From positions 62,001 through 112,527 of the forward strand of contig MU271268.1 of assembly GCA_021432655.1 (NCBI GenBank): a stretch of 50,527 bases of DNA, written 5' to 3'. The notes under the pieces are model-generated. The model ran no database searches, had not been told where the DNA came from, and saw only the letters and a program-made list of their open reading frames with translations. This DNA comes from Atractiella rhizophila. Its lineage: Eukaryota. The position numbers and the translations under genes are program-made. This document shows, piece by piece, positions 49,242-50,527 of the stretch; the first letter of the stretch is position 1, and the number at the start of each line of letters is the position of its first letter.

Positions 49242-49775
49242 AGCGCGTACACTGATGAGCGTGCTTTTTCAAGGCACCAACCGTGAGTGGATCTCGGTGA
49301 TATGCGTCACTCTCATCGGTATTGTGAAAGAGAGATATGTCGCTCTAATTGGGGGATCTACGCGGTACTCGCTAATAATGGGAATGGGCGAGATCATCCC
49401 TCCAATTGATTGTCATTACTGTCGATGCATCAATGCATTTCAGCTCATATCTGCTGTGAAGCTGCTTCGGGTAGGATCACACCCTCATCTTTCTTCCCAG
49501 TACCCAAACCAGGCCTAAAAGGTGTCGTATTGTCAGATAGAAGAGACGAACCCATAAATATTACAAATCAGTTCTGGGCTACATAGCTATTCCTTCACTC
49601 TTCCTTCCTTGCAATCACCTCCAAGTTGCAATCAGGACCTTGCAGTAAACTCTACAGCTCCTCACTCTCAGGCTGAATTGTGACAGCGGCCTGCTAAGCT
49701 AAGAGATGCAGATGAGTACCGCTTCTTTTACGCGTATCTCCTCCCGCGATCGAAAGGAAAAAAGTACTTCACCAG

Positions 49776-50527
49776 ATGAGGACCTCTCGCTTCGCTCCGC
49801 ACGTCGAGAACTCCGCGACGCTCCTGCTGCCCGCCTCCAGCAGCGGCAAGCCACTCGTCTTCCTCAACCCCGTGCAAGAGTACAACCGGGACCTCTCCGT
49901 CGCCTGTCTCACCACTTACCGTCACATAAGGCAGAGGGAGCTCCAGAAGTCCACTAAGAGGGACGACTTTTGTTGGAGACCTTATGTCCTCGACGCGCTC
50001 TCTGCTAGCGGGCTGAGGGCCATCAGGTATGCGAGGGAGATCAAGGAGTGTAGGTTGGTGGTCGCCAACGATCTGTCGAGGGAGGCAATGGAGGTCATCG
50101 AGCGAAATATCTCGCACAATCGCGTCGCTAATCCAAATGACAATGGAAATGGCGATACAATCGCAGAAGGGGCGGAGGGAGAAGAAAAGAAGAAGGCGTT
50201 TTATTCGCCTCAAGAGCGACCAGCCTACGTCGTGCCCTCTCTCTCAGACGCCCTCGTCCTCCTCTCCCTCTCCAGAATCAAACCCAGTCCCTCCTCCTCA
50301 TTCCCTTACACCGGTCCTACATCCGGAAAAGCCTTCGATGCCATCGACCTCGATCCCTACGGCACCTGCGCACCTTTCGTCGACGCAGCGGTGCAGAATG
50401 TCGCTGATGAAGGGCTCCTGATGGTCACCGCAACAGATATGGCTGTTGCAGCGAGCACAAATCATCACGAGAAATGCTATGGGAACTACGGGGGTTTGCC
50501 AACGAGGAAGGAGTGGTGTCACGAAGC
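49776..50527 (+). CDS. TRM1: tRNA (guanine26-N2,N2)-dimethyltransferase, 5' part; runs off the window
   Basis: Open frame from ATG 49776: VFLNPVQEYNRDLS, VLDALSASGLRAIRYARE, VVANDLS, FDAIDLDPYGTCAPFVDAAV, GLLMVTATDMAV. It is absent from the ORF track because there is no stop inside the window. Confidence 0.93.
   Translation, partial: MRTSRFAPHVENSATLLLPASSSGKPLVFLNPVQEYNRDLSVACLTTYRHIRQRELQKSTKRDDFCWRPYVLDALSASGLRAIRYAREIKECRLVVANDLSREAMEVIERNISHNRVANPNDNGNGDTIAEGAEGEEKKKAFYSPQERPAYVVPSLSDALVLLSLSRIKPSPSSSFPYTGPTSGKAFDAIDLDPYGTCAPFVDAAVQNVADEGLLMVTATDMAVAASTNHHEKCYGNYGGLPTRKEWCHE

Overview
This is eukaryotic, intron-rich fungal DNA with short 45-70 nt GT-AG introns, probably basidiomycete (inferred from gene content, not verified). 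The core genes are a COG3044-type ABC-class ATPase, inositol monophosphatase, a SUN-domain protein, an MFS transporter, a CAP10/GT90 glycosyltransferase with a truncated tandem copy, LYS2, a hotdog thioesterase, MID1, a secreted cupredoxin, an internally duplicated membrane protein, and the 5' part of TRM1 (missed by the ORF track). There are two transposon-rich islands. The island at ~17.2-22.4 kb holds a Gypsy RT-connection chimera, a stand-alone Ginger-like integrase and a kinase fragment. The island at ~41.3-49.3 kb holds a Helitron remnant, a ~1 kb TGTTA-ended palindrome with a third inverted copy, and a decayed Gypsy element, with CpG-transition damage. The best candidate for a new system is at 29084-29822 (-): a two-exon secreted precursor with a signal peptide and four KR-delimited repeats of a C-x5-C-N-W core (CAEGTNCNW...Y[K/R]GW). 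Repeat 1 and the signal peptide are missing from the ORF track because of an intron, and repeat 4 because of a 1-nt frameshift. All assignments come from motifs read by eye; no database searches were run, and exon boundaries are approximate unless stated.
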